Assembly (NCBI RefSeq): GCF_009914755.1
Contig: NC_060929.1
Source of the DNA: the human T2T-CHM13v2.0 reference genome, Homo sapiens
Direction: 5' to 3' (one strand)
Length of the DNA: 64,000 nucleotides
In this document: positions 26,427 to 40,083 of the stretch, in pieces
Numbering within the stretch: position 1 is the stretch's first letter
Layout of the letters: the number at the start of each line of letters is the position of its first letter
Notes under the pieces: generated by a model
Database searches by the model: none
Told to the model about the DNA's origin: nothing
What the model saw: the letters and a program-made list of their open reading frames with translations, nothing else
Position numbers and translations under genes: made by a program

Positions 26427-28761
26427 TGATATGGTTTGGCTGTATCCCCTCCAAATCTCATCTTGAATTGTAACTCCCATAATTCCCATGTGTTGAGGGA
26501 GGGACTAGGTGGGTGATAATTGAATCATGGGGGTGGTTTCCCTCATGCTGTTCTCATGGTAGTGAATAAGTCTCATGAGATCTGATGGTTTTATAAGGGG
26601 TTTCCCTTTTCACTTGATTCTCATTCTCTCTTTGCCTGCTGCCATGTAAGACCTACCTTTCACCTTCTGCCATGATTGTGAGCCCTCATCAGCCACATGG
26701 AACCATAAGTCCATTAAACCTCTTTTCCTTTATAAATTACTCAGTCTCAGGTATGTCTTCATCAGCAGTGTGAAAATGGCAAGTTGTGAATTTAACGTCA
26801 GCAGTGTGAATACAGTCAATTGGTACTGGGAGAGTGGGGCATTGCTGTAAATATAACCAAAAATGTGGAAGCAGTAACAAGCATTTTGGAACATTTTGGA
26901 GGGCTCAGAAAAAGAAAGGAAAATGTGGGAAAGTTTGGAACTTCTTAGGGACTTGTTGAATGGCTGTGACCAAAATGCTGATAATGATATAGACAATGAA
27001 ATCCAGGCTGAGGTGGTCTCTGAAGGAGATAAGGAAGTTGTTGGGAACTGGAGTAAAGGTAAATCTTGCTATGTTTTAGCAAAGAGACTGGTGGCATTTT
27101 GCCCCTGCCCTAGAGATATGTGGAACTTTGAACTTGAAGGAGATGATTTAGGGTATCTGGTGGAAGAAATTTCTAAGCATCAAAGCATTCAAGAGGTGAC
27201 CTGGGTGCTATTAAAAGCATTCAGTTTTAAAAGGAAAGCAGGATAAAAATTCAAAAAGTTTGCAGCCTGCAATGAGATAGAAAAGAAAAACCCATGTTCT
27301 GAGGAGAAATTGAAGCCTGCTGCAGAAATTTGCATAAGCAACCAGGAGCCAAATGTTAATCACCAAGACAAGGGGGAAAATGTCTCTAGGGCAGGTCAGA
27401 GACCTTTGTGGCAGCCCCTACCATCCAGGCCCAGAGGCCTAGGAGAAAATGGGTTGGGCCCAGGGCCCCCCTGCTGTGTACAACCTAGGAACTTGATGCC
27501 TTGAGTCCCAGCCACTCTGGTCATGGCTAAAAGAGGCTAAGGTACAGCTTGAGCCATGGCTTCAGAGGGCACAAGGATGCAAGCCCCAAGCGTTGGCAGC
27601 TTCCATATGATGCTGAGCCTGCGGGTGCACAGAAGTCAAGAATTGAGGTTTGGTAACCTCCACCTAAATCTCAGATGATGTATGGAAATGCCTGTATGTC
27701 TAGGCAGAGGTGGGCTGCAGGGGCAGAGCCCTCATTAAGAACCTCTTCTAGGGCAGTGAGGAAGGGAAATGTGGGGTTGAAATTCCCACACAGAGTTCCC
27801 ACTGGGGCATTGCCTAGTGGAACTATGAGAAGAGGGCCTCTGTCCTCTAGAACCCAGAATGATAGATTCCACTGACAGCTTGCACCGTGCACCTGGAAAA
27901 ACCACAGACACTCAATGTCAGCCTGTGAAAACAGCAGAGAGGGAGGCTGTAACCCTGTAAAGTCACAGAAGCAAAGCTGCCCTAGACCATGGGAATCCAC
28001 TTCTTGCATCAGCATGACCTGGATAAGAGACATGGAGTCAAATGAGATCAGTTTGGGGTTTTAAAATTTGACTGCCCCACTAAATTTTGGACTTCCATGG
28101 GGCCTGTAGCTCCTTGTTTTTTGTTTTTTTTTTTTGGGGGGGGGGTTTTCTGATTTCTCTTATTTGGAATGGCTGTATTTACCCAATACCTGTACCCCAA
28201 TTGTATCTAGAAAGTAACCAACTTGCTTTCAATTTTACAGGCTCATAGGCAGATGGGACTTGCCTTGTCTCAGATGAGACTGTTGACTGTGGACTTTTGA
28301 GTTAATGCTAAAATGAGTTAAGACTTTGGGAGACTGTTGGGAAAGCATGATTAGTTTTGAAATGTGAGGACATAAGATTTGGAAAGGGCCAGGGGCAGAA
28401 TGCCGTGCTTTGGCTCTGTCCTCACCCAAATCTCATCTTGAATTTTAGCTCCCATGAGTCTGATGTGTTATGGGAAAGAAGTAGTGGGAGAAAATTTAAT
28501 CATGGGGGCGGTTCCCCCATATTTTTCTCATGGTAGTGAATAAGTCTCAGGAGGTCTGATGGTTTCACAAGGGGTTTCCCTTTCACTTGCTTCTCATTCT
28601 GTCTGTGCCTGCTGCCATGTAAGATGTGGCTTTTGCCTTCTGCCATGATTGTGAGGCCTCCTCAGCCATGTGGAACTGTGAGTCCATTAAACCTCTTTTC
28701 CTTTATAAATTACCCAGTCTCGCGTATGTCTTCACCAGCAGTGTGAAAATGTACTAACACA
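26427..28761 (+). mobile_element. Full-length THE1B MaLR (5' LTR 26427-26814, internal, 3' LTR 28401-28761)
   Basis: Two THE1 LTRs, internal start aattggtac, PPT-like ggaaagggccaggggcagaa, TSD tattt/tagtt with one mismatch, internal ORF remnant 26896-27246. Confidence 0.93.
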
Positions 28762-29524
28762 TAGTTGCTCCATGCTGGAGATCTGGACCTGCTCTGGGCC
28801 CCACAGACTATCCAGTCTGGAGATAGCAAGGTCAAGGGCTGCAAGACAGCAAAGATAGCAACCTGCCCCTACCACTGCAAGTTCTGTTCCAGGGAGTTGC
28901 AGAGCTGATGGGGAGTTTCTAGAGACCCAGGCCTGAAAGACCTGCCCAGTAAGGAGATATGGGATTGGAGGCCCACATAACAAACAGTCTGGCCGCTTAG
29001 GGCTGCTGCAGTGTGCCAGGTGTCCACTCTAGTCCCTAGTCACCTCAAATGTTCTAGTACCTGAAGGAAGCAACAGTGAAGGCTGTGAAATAGCAAAGAT
29101 GGCAGCCTGCCCCTTCCTCTGGGAGCACCATCACAAGGAGGTACAGGCCTGTTGCCAGCCCTAATACACCTGCAGGAAGTGGCTGGAGACCCCAGTAAGA
29201 AGATCCCACCCAGTGAGGAGCAACAGGTTTGGAGACCCACATAAAAAAGCAGTTTGGCCATTTTTCCATAGGGTAGCTGTGCTTTGCTGGGGGTCCGCTC
29301 CAGCCCTGGTCACTTCCCACTCTCTAAACATTGAAGGCAACACCAGCTAAGGCTGCTAAACAGCAAAGATGGTGGTCCACCCTTCCCTCTGAGAGCTCCT
29401 TCACAGGGCGGTTTGGAACTGTTGCTGGCCAGAAAACACCAGCAGGGTAGCTGGAAACCCCTGAGGAGGTCCTGCCCAGTGAGGAGGAATGGGATCAGTG
29501 ACCCATGTTAAGAAAGCAGTCTGA

Positions 29525-29902
<378 letters not shown>

Positions 29903-31839
29903 TTGGCTGCTTCTTTTGTAGAGCAGATAGGCTGTGCTGGGGGTCCATTCTATCCCCTAGTTGCCTCAGATTCTCCAAAGCCCAAAGGCAAGAATGGCTA
30001 AGGCTGTGAAACAGCAAAAATGGCAGCCCAACCCTCCCTCTGGGAACTCCATCCCAAGGAGGTTAGAACTGCCCTCAGTGAAAAACACTAGCAGGGGTGA
30101 CTGTAGACCCTGGTCTGGAGATTCCACACAGTTAAGAGAAATGAGATCTGTATTCCATTTAAATAAGCATTCTGGCCACTTCTTCACAGAGTTATAAACT
30201 GTACTGGGGGACCCCTCCAGTATCTAGTTGCCTGGGACTCCCTAGAGCCCAAAGGCAAAAACAGCTAAGGCTGTGGAACAGCAAAGATGGTGGTCTACCC
30301 CTCCCTCTGAGAGCTCTATCTCAGGGAGTTGCAACGCTGCTACTGGTGGCTGTGGGTCTTATCCTGCAAGAGGTTTTGGAAGTGGGACCTACAGACCATT
30401 GCTGCTCAGCTTTCTGGATTAAGCCCTTTTCCTGGGGGTATGTATGGGGGTCCAACCTCCCACTTTGCAGGAGTTGCAGTCACTTATACCAGGAAGCTTG
30501 GGTAACTAAGGCTCCCTGAGTTCCACGTGTGCCTGAGTGGCTGCTCTGTGGAGACTCCACATAGCTCTGCATGTCAGACTGAAGGCCCTGGCTGAGTGGG
30601 TTCATGAGGGGAGTCTCCTGACCCAAGAGTTGCAAAGATCCTTGGGAGAAGCGTGTTGCTCACTCAGTCATTGCTTTCCTGGGCTCCTCTGGAGCTGTGT
30701 CACTCCCAAGTGGGCTGTCATCCTGCCTTGCTTTATTACTTTCTCTGCGGGTCGAGTTGTTTCCTGGATGAGACTCAGTGCATGCACCTGGGTGTTTCAG
30801 TTGAAGGTGCTGTATTTACTCACCCCTTCCATTTCTCTCCGTTACAGAGGTGCATGCTAGCAGCTTCTAGTCAGCTATCTAGGCCAAAACCTCAGGATTT
30901 TCTTTTACTGTATTTGTTTTGTTGTTCTTTTCTTCTTCTTTTTCTTATTTTTTAAGACTGATCTCCATTTTACTTTGCATCTGGTTCTATTTACTTACAA
31001 ATTAAATGTCTGATTTCATGCTTTGACTGTGACCCTAAAAAAAGACACCTTACTTTTTTTTCAACAATAGGTAACTCTTATAGGTTACCACTAAACAGTG
31101 GCAGAAATTTAAACAGCTACCTACAAATATTATATGAAAGTGGAGCAAAGCATCATCATAACTATTTTAGTTATGATGGAGGCATACTCTATAAAGAAAC
31201 AAAAAAAAGAGAATTTTACTGTATTAACAAATGTGTTCAATTTTGCATGAAACTGTTTATCAGCAAAATAATGCAAGTAAAAACAAGACAATAGTAATTT
31301 CTTTCCAAAGTTTTGGAAAATGTTGGTAGTCATAAAGGTTGGTAGTTTTTTTTTTTTAGTTTGTGGTATATAAACTCTCAGTATTTTTATTGTAATTTTT
31401 TTCAAGGTAGCTTTTGCTCCCAGATTTGTGCTAACAAGTCTGTGACAATGATGTAGTAACGATGATATACCTCAGATTAGCACTACTTAAATGCCACCTG
31501 TAAAAACAGCAGGAAGGCAATATAGTGAGGAACAGAACAGCAGGTAAGACGGTGTTTGTGTAAGTACTAGCTATGTAGTTGTTAAAGCTAATGAGGAATA
31601 AAAGGTAATGCGACTTATCCTTGTCTTGTCCAGAGTTTGGAAGCATATTGTAGAGTAAGTCCCAAGAGAAAATGATGGAAAATTGCCTAGATAGAGTGAA
31701 ATCAATGGCCAACAGAACAAATGACTTCTTTTTCTTGAGTCTACAATAACCAGTGCCGAGTTAGAAGAAAGGAGTGTGTTGGCCTACAGGTCCTTAGAGA
31801 TATATCATATATGATATATGATATCATATATCATATATC

Positions 31840-32086
31840 CTCATCATGGTTCACTCCTCCCTGCCCAATTTCAAAGAGAAATTTCACACATTAATGGAGA
31901 TCTCTTTTCAGCATTAGGAGGCATTAAATAAAATTTAAAAATAATAAAATATCCCTATATCATATATGATATCATATTTTATTATTTTTAAATTTTATTT
32001 AATGCCTCCTAATGCTGAAAAGAGATCTCCATTAATGTGTGAAATTTCTCTTTGAAATTGGGCAGGGAGGAGTGAACCATGATGAG
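31840..32086. repeat. Perfect inverted repeat: 113-bp arms, 21-bp spacer
   Basis: 31840-31952 is the exact reverse complement of 31974-32086, checked base by base. Confidence 0.97.
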
Positions 32087-32594
32087 TTTCATCCCCAGGA
32101 ATTAAAGTGCTAAAGTAAAGTGAGGTTGATATTTCATTTCTTATAATCAGTCAAATAAGGAGGTAGAGTGAGATCAAGTCATGAAAATTTTCATCATTTG
32201 TTGATAACATCAGATATTTTTTCCTCCTTCTGCCCCAACAAGATGAGTCCTTGTTTGGTCATCGTATTAAGCGTAAAGGTACTTAATATTAATACACAAT
32301 GGTATAAACATAAGACCTGTATATAAATTTGTAATTACCTATATATCACCTAGTCACTATTAAAGATTAGAAAAAGTTACCTTAAAAGTTAAATATTTTG
32401 AAAATTCAGATTTCTGTTGCTAGATCTTTCTTTCTTTTCATTTTGTAGCTTGATGATTATTAAATTTCATCATGCACTTAAACTGTGGAAATCGTTTGTA
32501 TACAAAAAAACTTGTATGCTATGCATGGCAGATTTAAGGAAATGTCAAAGAAATGTTGCATGATTTAAAAGTGTTTGATGATAGCCCGTATGAC

Positions 32595-32657
32595 ACTTTA
32601 CAGTCTAATTTCATGCAAAACACAGTCTCGGCTATGTGAATATATTGTGTGTGTATA

Positions 32658-32751
<94 letters not shown>

Positions 32752-33098
32752 TATATATGAATTGGTTTACTTATGTGGGAACCAGCTAGCAAGCTCCAAA
32801 ATCTGTGTAGTGGGCCATGAGGAAGTCCAGGTTGAAACTTGTGGATGAGCTGATGGCAATATACAGGCAGAATTTCTTCTTTTTCAGGGAAGCTTCATTA
32901 CTGTTCCTAAATGACTCAACTGATGAAATCAGGTCTTTTCCCAGATTATCTGTTATAATCTCCTTTATCAAGTCAATGTATTATAGATATTAATCATATC
33001 TACAAAATATTTATACAGCTATTCCTAAGATTTGTGATTTATAGAATAAATGAACACTACAGCCTAACCAAATTGATACATAAAAAATGACTAAGGCA
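32595..33098 (-). mobile_element. MLT2E/D-like ERVL LTR with (TG)n(TA)n at 32647-32758
   Basis: caggcagaatttcttctttttcagggaagc, tcaactgatgaaatcagg, cagcctaaccaaattgatacataaaa. Confidence 0.8.
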
Positions 33099-34439
33099 GC
33101 TATTTACGTCAACCATGGAACATATCATATTTTTCCAAGATGCAAATAAATGACATGGATGATTTGTTTTAGGGCACATGTAGTATTAAAATATTTTGTT
33201 TTTCTCCAAATTTTGAAATAATAATCATTGATTTTGAGGACCATGTGAGCATGTGTATATTTTTATTCTATATTTTAATTTGTAGCATAGAAAATATCAA
33301 ACCTATATGGTTATTCAGATAATAATACAGTGAAGCCCAATGTACTCATAACCCGACTTCGACAATTATTAATAGTTTCAGAATTTAAAATACACACATA
33401 TATTTCTTTAATCACTAAGATATACGACTAACTAGATTTGGTTATCAATTTGTAAAAGGCATAAGGGAACTTAGTCTCTCTGAGGGATACTGAACTTACA
33501 TTTTTCATTTATTGGTTAACACAAGAGAAAATCCCTGTGAGTAACAAGGTGGCCAGAATAAGCTGCAATATTATTTTCTTTTTATTTTAGTTTTTTCACC
33601 TAATGAATGCAGTTGAATTTTATGACACCACCATTTATTGAATAGATGTAACTTTCCTACTGAGTAGTATTAAGAAAATACTAGAGAAAGACAATACTGA
33701 GTAGTAAAAATCAAGGATAGCAGGATAAAAATATATGATAACATTTCAAATGGTGCATTTTAAGAGGGTATAAAATAATTCCTTTAACAATATACAAAAA
33801 TTATGTTACTGGTCTATTAGGGATAGGAAACTCAGGTTGGAGAGAAGACAAGGTATTTGCTTATTTATCCATTGTAAGTTTTCAAGATACAGCACAATGG
33901 ATGAACTAGTGAAATGCCACATTGCTTTTACTCAGTGCAGTATTGCTTTAATGTAAAATTCATGCTCAATTGCAATTTTCCCTCTGAAGGTTTAAATGAG
34001 CTGATGGATTCTGAAAAATGCACTGAGCAGCTAAAGTCTAATAGAGTTATGGTGTTAATAGCAATTGAGATCTCTCTATTTTGTACCAGAAATAGGTATG
34101 ATAGAGTCCATAAGGAGGGGGGAAAGAGCTCTTTAAATTATTTAGTCACAAAAGTGAATGTCACATGATTATTACCCTTGTCTTAGGGAAACATGCATGA
34201 TAATGTATTCACTATTGATTATTTCTCTGTAGGACTTCTGCTTTGGCTCATTGCTCATTTTAAATGGCTCAGTAAGTCACAAGTGTTGTCAGTGCTTCCT
34301 CACTTAACTTTGCATCATTTGTTTACAGCATCTGTTCAACACTAGCCTGCATTATGGATGAATTCCTATAGTCTGTAAGGATTTAATGCATAATGCAGTT
34401 TTATATTAAATATGTTACACATATGTCATACCCACAGTG

Positions 34440-34580
34440 GAATTGTTTGGAGACAACTGTAGATAACAGTGTATTATTTTATTCTGTATCCCAAAGACTT
34501 AGCACAGTGCTTAGAACATAGTATGAATTCTGTGAATGCCTGTTGAATGGTTGGTGTATAGATAAATGAATGAATAATAA
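34440..34580 (+). mobile_element. L2 3'-end fragment
   Basis: tctgtatccc...cttagcacagtgcttagaacatagta...tgttgaatg...aaatgaatgaat. Confidence 0.7.
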
Positions 34581-36165
34581 AAAAAAAACTCTGCTGATTT
34601 TTATGTAAAACTTTGCACAGTGGTATACATTGCATGCACTATTGTCCTCTGCCTGGAATTCTAAATAATGGCTTTTTTCCCCTATCTAAATCCTCTTCTT
34701 CAAGGATTTGCCTTGTCCTCATGTTCTCTATAACTTTTACTTTATCACGTCATTAAATGGTGTTCTGTCTTTTGTTAATCACTTAACACTTTACAATAAC
34801 TTAGTAGGAGAAAGAAGACATAAACAAGTGATGCATTAAATTATAATGTACGAACTGAAAAATTAAATCAATATAGTACCAGATAGGCACTGTGTTTTAC
34901 TTTTAAAGAATACAATATTAATGTTTAGATTCAGGTCCTGTTCATTAAACTAAAATAAATCACTAAGTGTTATGAATAGACTCATTTCCCTAAGCACCTT
35001 GTGAAGATGAGACACGGCAGTTTCTAATAATGATGAGAGACATAAAGTTTTTGTGTTTAAAAAAAAACATTTTGAATTTTTCTTTATTTTAAAATATCTC
35101 TTATCTGAAATTATGTTTTTCATATAATAAACATATATTTGAAAAATGATAAATATTGAACAGCAGAAAATTAGCTTTTTATCACTCAAGTCAAAGATCT
35201 AGCACAGTTTCATATATCAATACTAATTTTGATCAAGAGACTAACATTGGAATATTAGCATTCTGTTCTTTCAAGGACAAAATGAAAGATATAAAGTAGT
35301 CATACCACTATAATATTGAAATTTCAGCTTTTAAAGAAATTGGAGCAATTATTAACTCTCACTCTTCATGCAGAGCTGTGGTGCTAAAATCTTGTATTAA
35401 TTATTCCTAAGAACTTCCTGCCTTTTTGGCAAGTATGAAATATGTTGTTTGAATTAATACAAGAAATTATCAGTGGAAGAGTAAATGATGCAACATTCAT
35501 TCATTCATTTATCTATTTACTCTATAAATATTTAATGATACGATACTTTCTGGAGAAAAAATTACTTTCATTTCTTATTTCTGAAATAAAGTAAAATATT
35601 CAGAATCATAGGTCTCATAGTAATATCTTAGCATGGGATCACATTCCCACCTGGATGGATTTGTTCATAGGATGTGGGTGTGAGCCGATAATGTAGCCTT
35701 TTCTACATACAGTCCATGTAATCTTTAGAAGTAAATAAAGAAAGCTGGGATTAAAAAGTGGCTTCTTGAGATGCAGTTAAGAGTAAGAGAATAAAAGTCT
35801 AGAAGACCAACACACTTTTCTCTTGCTTATTCTGATAATGTCTGTCCCTCATAGCATAATCCTCATTGTTATGATTACAGAACCTCTGCCAATTTGCTTT
35901 GTTTTCTCAAACTTGGTATTGGCCAGGATTACAGCAGGTGGAAAGCAAATTTGTCCTTTCTAAGGAAAGAAGCAGAAATAGGGAGATTGGAATAAAAATC
36001 CCATCCTGCTAAAGATAGAGGAAGCCTTTAAAAATTATTCTCAGAGATCTTCATGATAACTGGCACTTAATTGCAATAAATTTATCATGTCCTATTATTA
36101 GAAGAATCGACATACTGAAGAAGTTGGAAGTAGGCCACTATAGCCTGTTTTCTTCCTTCAGTTAT

Positions 36166-36591
36166 TGATATAGTTTGGATATGTGCCCTACCTAAATTTC
36201 ATGTTTTATTTTAATCCCCAGTGTTAGAGATGGGGCCTTATGGAAAGTGACTGCATCAGAGGAGTGGATTTTTCATGAATGGTTTAGTACTATTCCCTTG
36301 GTGCTGTTCTCACAATAGTGAGTGAGCTCTCACAAGATATGGTTGTTTAAAAGTGTGTGGCACCTCCCCACTCATTCTCTTCTGCTCCTCTGTGGCCATG
36401 TGATGTGCCTGCTCCCTCTTCACCTTCTGTCATGATTGCAAGTTTCCTGAGGCCTCCCCAGAAGCCGAGCGGATGCTAGCATCATGCTTCCTGTACAGCC
36501 TACAGAACTGTGACTCAGTTAAAACTCTTTTCTTTATAAGTCACCCAGTCTTAGGTATTTCTTTATAGCAATGCAAGAAGAGACAAACACA
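36166..36591 (+). mobile_element. Solo MSTA MaLR LTR
   Basis: tgatatagtttggat ... acaaacaca; exact 5-bp TSD gttat at 36161-36165 and 36592-36596. Confidence 0.92.
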
Positions 36592-37100
36592 GTTATAGAA
36601 ACATTTTCTTTTCTTTCTTTTTTTTTTTTTTTGTAGAAAGTACCTGATCTATACAGAGGAGCAATGAGATCAAGCTATTACAAAAGTTGGTATTTTTTAG
36701 ACAGTTGGATGATCTGTTTGGGAATAATTGGCTGAATCTGCAGGGTTGCTGTGCTGTCCCCATTTGCATGGTTCTGGGATTCTGATAATAAGGCAGAGAT
36801 TAGGTCACATATGCAAAGAGTCAGTTTCAACTAACTGGTTCCACTGGGCTTGGTACAGAATTAAGCATTCATGACTTTCTGAACGATCATAGCCCTATCG
36901 CAATACACCATTTAAGCAAGGACACTGTTTTCTTTACATAAGCAGAGACAATCAGCAGTGTATTTTTTAATTACTGTGCTTAGCTTCCCAATAGGTGAGA
37001 TTAATATCAACTTCTGAAGCATAAAAGAATATTACCTTACCATTAGGTGATATTGAGAACAAGTAAACAAGCTTTCTTTTTCCCTTTTGGTGAATGTATA

Positions 37101-37462
37101 TGTATTATTTCGTTCTCACACTACTATACAGAAATACCCAAGACTGGGTAATTTATAAAGGAAAGAGGTTTAATTGACTCACAGTTCCCCATGGCTGGGG
37201 AGGCCTCAAGAAACTTAAAATCATGGCAGAAAGCAAAGGGGAAGCAAGGACCTTCTTCACATGATGGCAGGAGAGAGAAGAGCAAGCAAGAACAGGGAAA
37301 ACTGCCTTATGAGACCATCAGATCTCAGGAGAACTCACTCACTATCATGAGAACAGCATGGGGGAACCCCCTCCCCCATGATCCAATCACCTCCTCCCTT
37401 GACATGTGGGAATTATAATTGGAGATAAGATTTGGGTAGGCACACAGAGAAAAACCATTTCA
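37101..37462 (-). mobile_element. Solo THE1D-like MaLR LTR
   Basis: gactgggtaatttataaaggaaagaggtttaattgactcacagttc ... aaccatttca; TSD gtata/gaata. Confidence 0.88.
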
Positions 37463-38661
37463 GAATATATAAGGAAGTCTGGAGGAGAGGGAAACACTTA
37501 AGTCCCTAGTACCAGGGATAAGCTGCTTAGACAAATCCATACAGAAAATTTTGTATTCACTTTCAATAACTAAATGACACAGACCTTGGGGATAAAAGAG
37601 AAGCTTGAGAAAGAAGGAGTCTAGATGTTGATTAATAAGGAACGTGTCAAAAATTTCTAACAGATTTCATCTAGAAGTGAGTTTTTACCTTAAGTTTTCA
37701 GAGACAATTACATAATGACTAGCTAGAAATATAAGATGTTAGTTACAGTGAATTTACATCCTATCTCTTAATCAAGGAAATTTAAGCAAAGCAATTAGAT
37801 AAAATAGGTCAACATTTTCTGCTAAATTGCAGATAAAATTAAGAATTAAAGGAAAAGAAACAGGTAAAACAACAAGCAACAGAAATAAATCTAGTGTCAT
37901 ATCTAATTAGTGCAAGCAACTAATTGAAAATTGAACCAGTGCTAGAATAAATTAAATTCACAACCCTTATTTGTACATCAGTAAAACCATATAATGAAAA
38001 CAGCATTTGGGAAGATTCACAATTAGAACATTTAATGATACATAATATCTAAAATATCTGCAGTTTAAAAAAATACTTCATAATAATCAGCAAGAATTGA
38101 AAAAGTGTTTATTTCTAATTATTAAAACCCTCTTAGTTGAGATGATTATGGAAAATAAAGTTAATTCACATGTTAACAGAAATGACTTCTCTAGATAAGA
38201 ATTCAGATTGACACCAAAACTTAAAAGCTGTATTACAATATTCCATTTCATGGAATAAGTAGAACCATCATTAAATTCTTTCAGCAATTTTATTATTGCT
38301 TATAATAGTATTTAAGGTAAAGCCACATTATTATTCCTATTTCATTAGAAACCATGGTGTTTGAAACTTAAAAAAATTCAGATTGTCTGTGAACTGCAAA
38401 TTCTGGAATGAGTTCAAAATCACTTAAACTGAAAAACACCCAAAAGACCTATCACAGTGCAGTCCGTGAGGAGTGTGTTCTCTTTCTTTTATCCGTTTGA
38501 AATAGAAATTGTAAATTAGTAATTTTGAAATCGAAATTGTAGAACCTAACACACATAGAAATTACATGTTTATATAAATGATTATTTAATTCAGGGTCTT
38601 TTGAGCAGTCACAAGAGTGGCTTCTTTAACAACACATTTTTATTGTTGCTTATTTTACATA

Positions 38662-38725
38662 TTTTTTTTTTTAGAGATAGGGTCTCATTGTCTTGCCCAG
38701 ACTGGAGTGCAGTGGTTTGATCATT
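38662..38725 (-). mobile_element. Short Alu 3' fragment
   Basis: poly(T)-agagatagggtctc...ttgcccagactggagtgcagtgg. Confidence 0.75.
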
Positions 38726-38814
38726 GTTGATTATTCATAGGACAATACAGAGTTGCATGTGCTGAATATTGTTCCAATCTTGCCTTTAGAAACACTAGGT
38801 ATATATTAAATATA

Positions 38815-39147
38815 ATCAGTCTTTCATATCGGTGGATTCAGCATGTGTGGATTCAACCAACTCTGAATTGAAAATTTTGGGACAAGTATGATTGTTTCTG
38901 TACTGAACATATACAGACTCTTTTTACTTGTTATTATTTCCTAAAAAATAACAATATAACAGCTATTTACACATCATTTACATTGCATTAGGTATTAAAA
39001 GTAATCTAGAGATAATATAAAATGTAGTGGAGGATGTGCATAGGTTATATGTACATAGATTATTTTATGTAAGGGACTTGAATATCAGTGGATTTTGGTA
39101 CCTGTGGAGAATTTTGGCACTCTCATGTATATTGAGGGACTACCGTA
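38815..39147. mobile_element. MER2 (Tigger-family) DNA transposon
   Basis: gtggattcaaccaac, tctgtactgaacat, agtaatctagagat, agggacttga...tggattttggta...gagggac. Confidence 0.85.
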
Positions 39148-39713
39148 ATTCATGTTTAAAAGTCACGTATGACCACTGTATATTATTATAGCAAATATTT
39201 CTTCAGAAATAAGCTATAAACAGGTATGTGCTCTTCTTTGTTGTAGTTATGTTGGAGGACACTTTTGTAATGTGGCATTTGCAATACTCATGGGCATGAA
39301 AATATTTGTTCTGTCTTCCAGTCTGTTCTCAAAGACAATAAGAAGACCTTTTCTCTTGTACCAACAGCCAAAGACAAACAAACAAAAAAAGTAAAATAGA
39401 GAGGCCGAATCAACAGAAAAAACAAATACAATAGCAAAACAACAAAATTGCTCTCAAACTGGGGGTAATTCACAGAAATACAATAAACATTTCAAAGTTA
39501 AATTTTTGTTTAGTGAAAACTTTATAGAATTTTTAGGATGAATGGGACCTATTTGTAAAGACAAGCCTAACTCAATCCATTTACTTTTCAGAACTATGAG
39601 TCCAAATTTTAATAACTTTCTTAATTTTAAGACCTTTTAAATAACAGTTTGATTTTGTATTGTGAAATAACATACTTGAAATATATGATTGTTTCTTGTC
39701 CTTGTCCTTAAGA

Positions 39714-39780
39714 ACTAACAAACCTGCATGTTCCGCACCTGTACCCCAGAACTTAAAGTATAATAAATAAATAAATAAAT
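39714..39780 (+). mobile_element. L1PA extreme 3' end with (AAAT)n tail
   Basis: taacaaacctgcatgttccgcacctgtaccccagaacttaaagtataataaa. Confidence 0.85.
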
Positions 39781-40083
39781 ACTCGACCTTGCAAAGTGCT
39801 AGGATTGCAGACGTGAGCCACTGCACCCGGCTGGTGGATTTCCTGAGCAGAGGAGTTCCATACCAGCCTGGCCAACATGGCAAAATCCCATCTTTACTAA
39901 AAATACAAAAATTTAGCAAGGCATGGTGCCAGGTGCTACTTGAGAGGCTAAGGCATAAGAATTGCTTGAATCTGGGAGGCAGAAGTTGCAGTGATCCAAG
40001 GTCACACCACTGCACTCCATCCAGCCTGGGAGACACAGTGAGACTTTATCTAAAATAAGTAAATAAGTAAATAAAATAAAAAC
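39781..40083 (+). mobile_element. AluS with its first ~52 nt inverted
   Basis: 39781-39832 is the reverse complement of the Alu 5' end; from 39833 the remaining Alu is in sense with an A-rich tail. Confidence 0.88.

Noticed and set aside
26896-27875. THE1-internal ORFs as a domesticated gene
   Set aside because: Broken by stops and frameshifts, typical of MaLR internal remnants
32534-32848. Overlapping short ORFs
   Set aside because: (TG)n(TA)n microsatellite artefacts inside an MLT2 LTR
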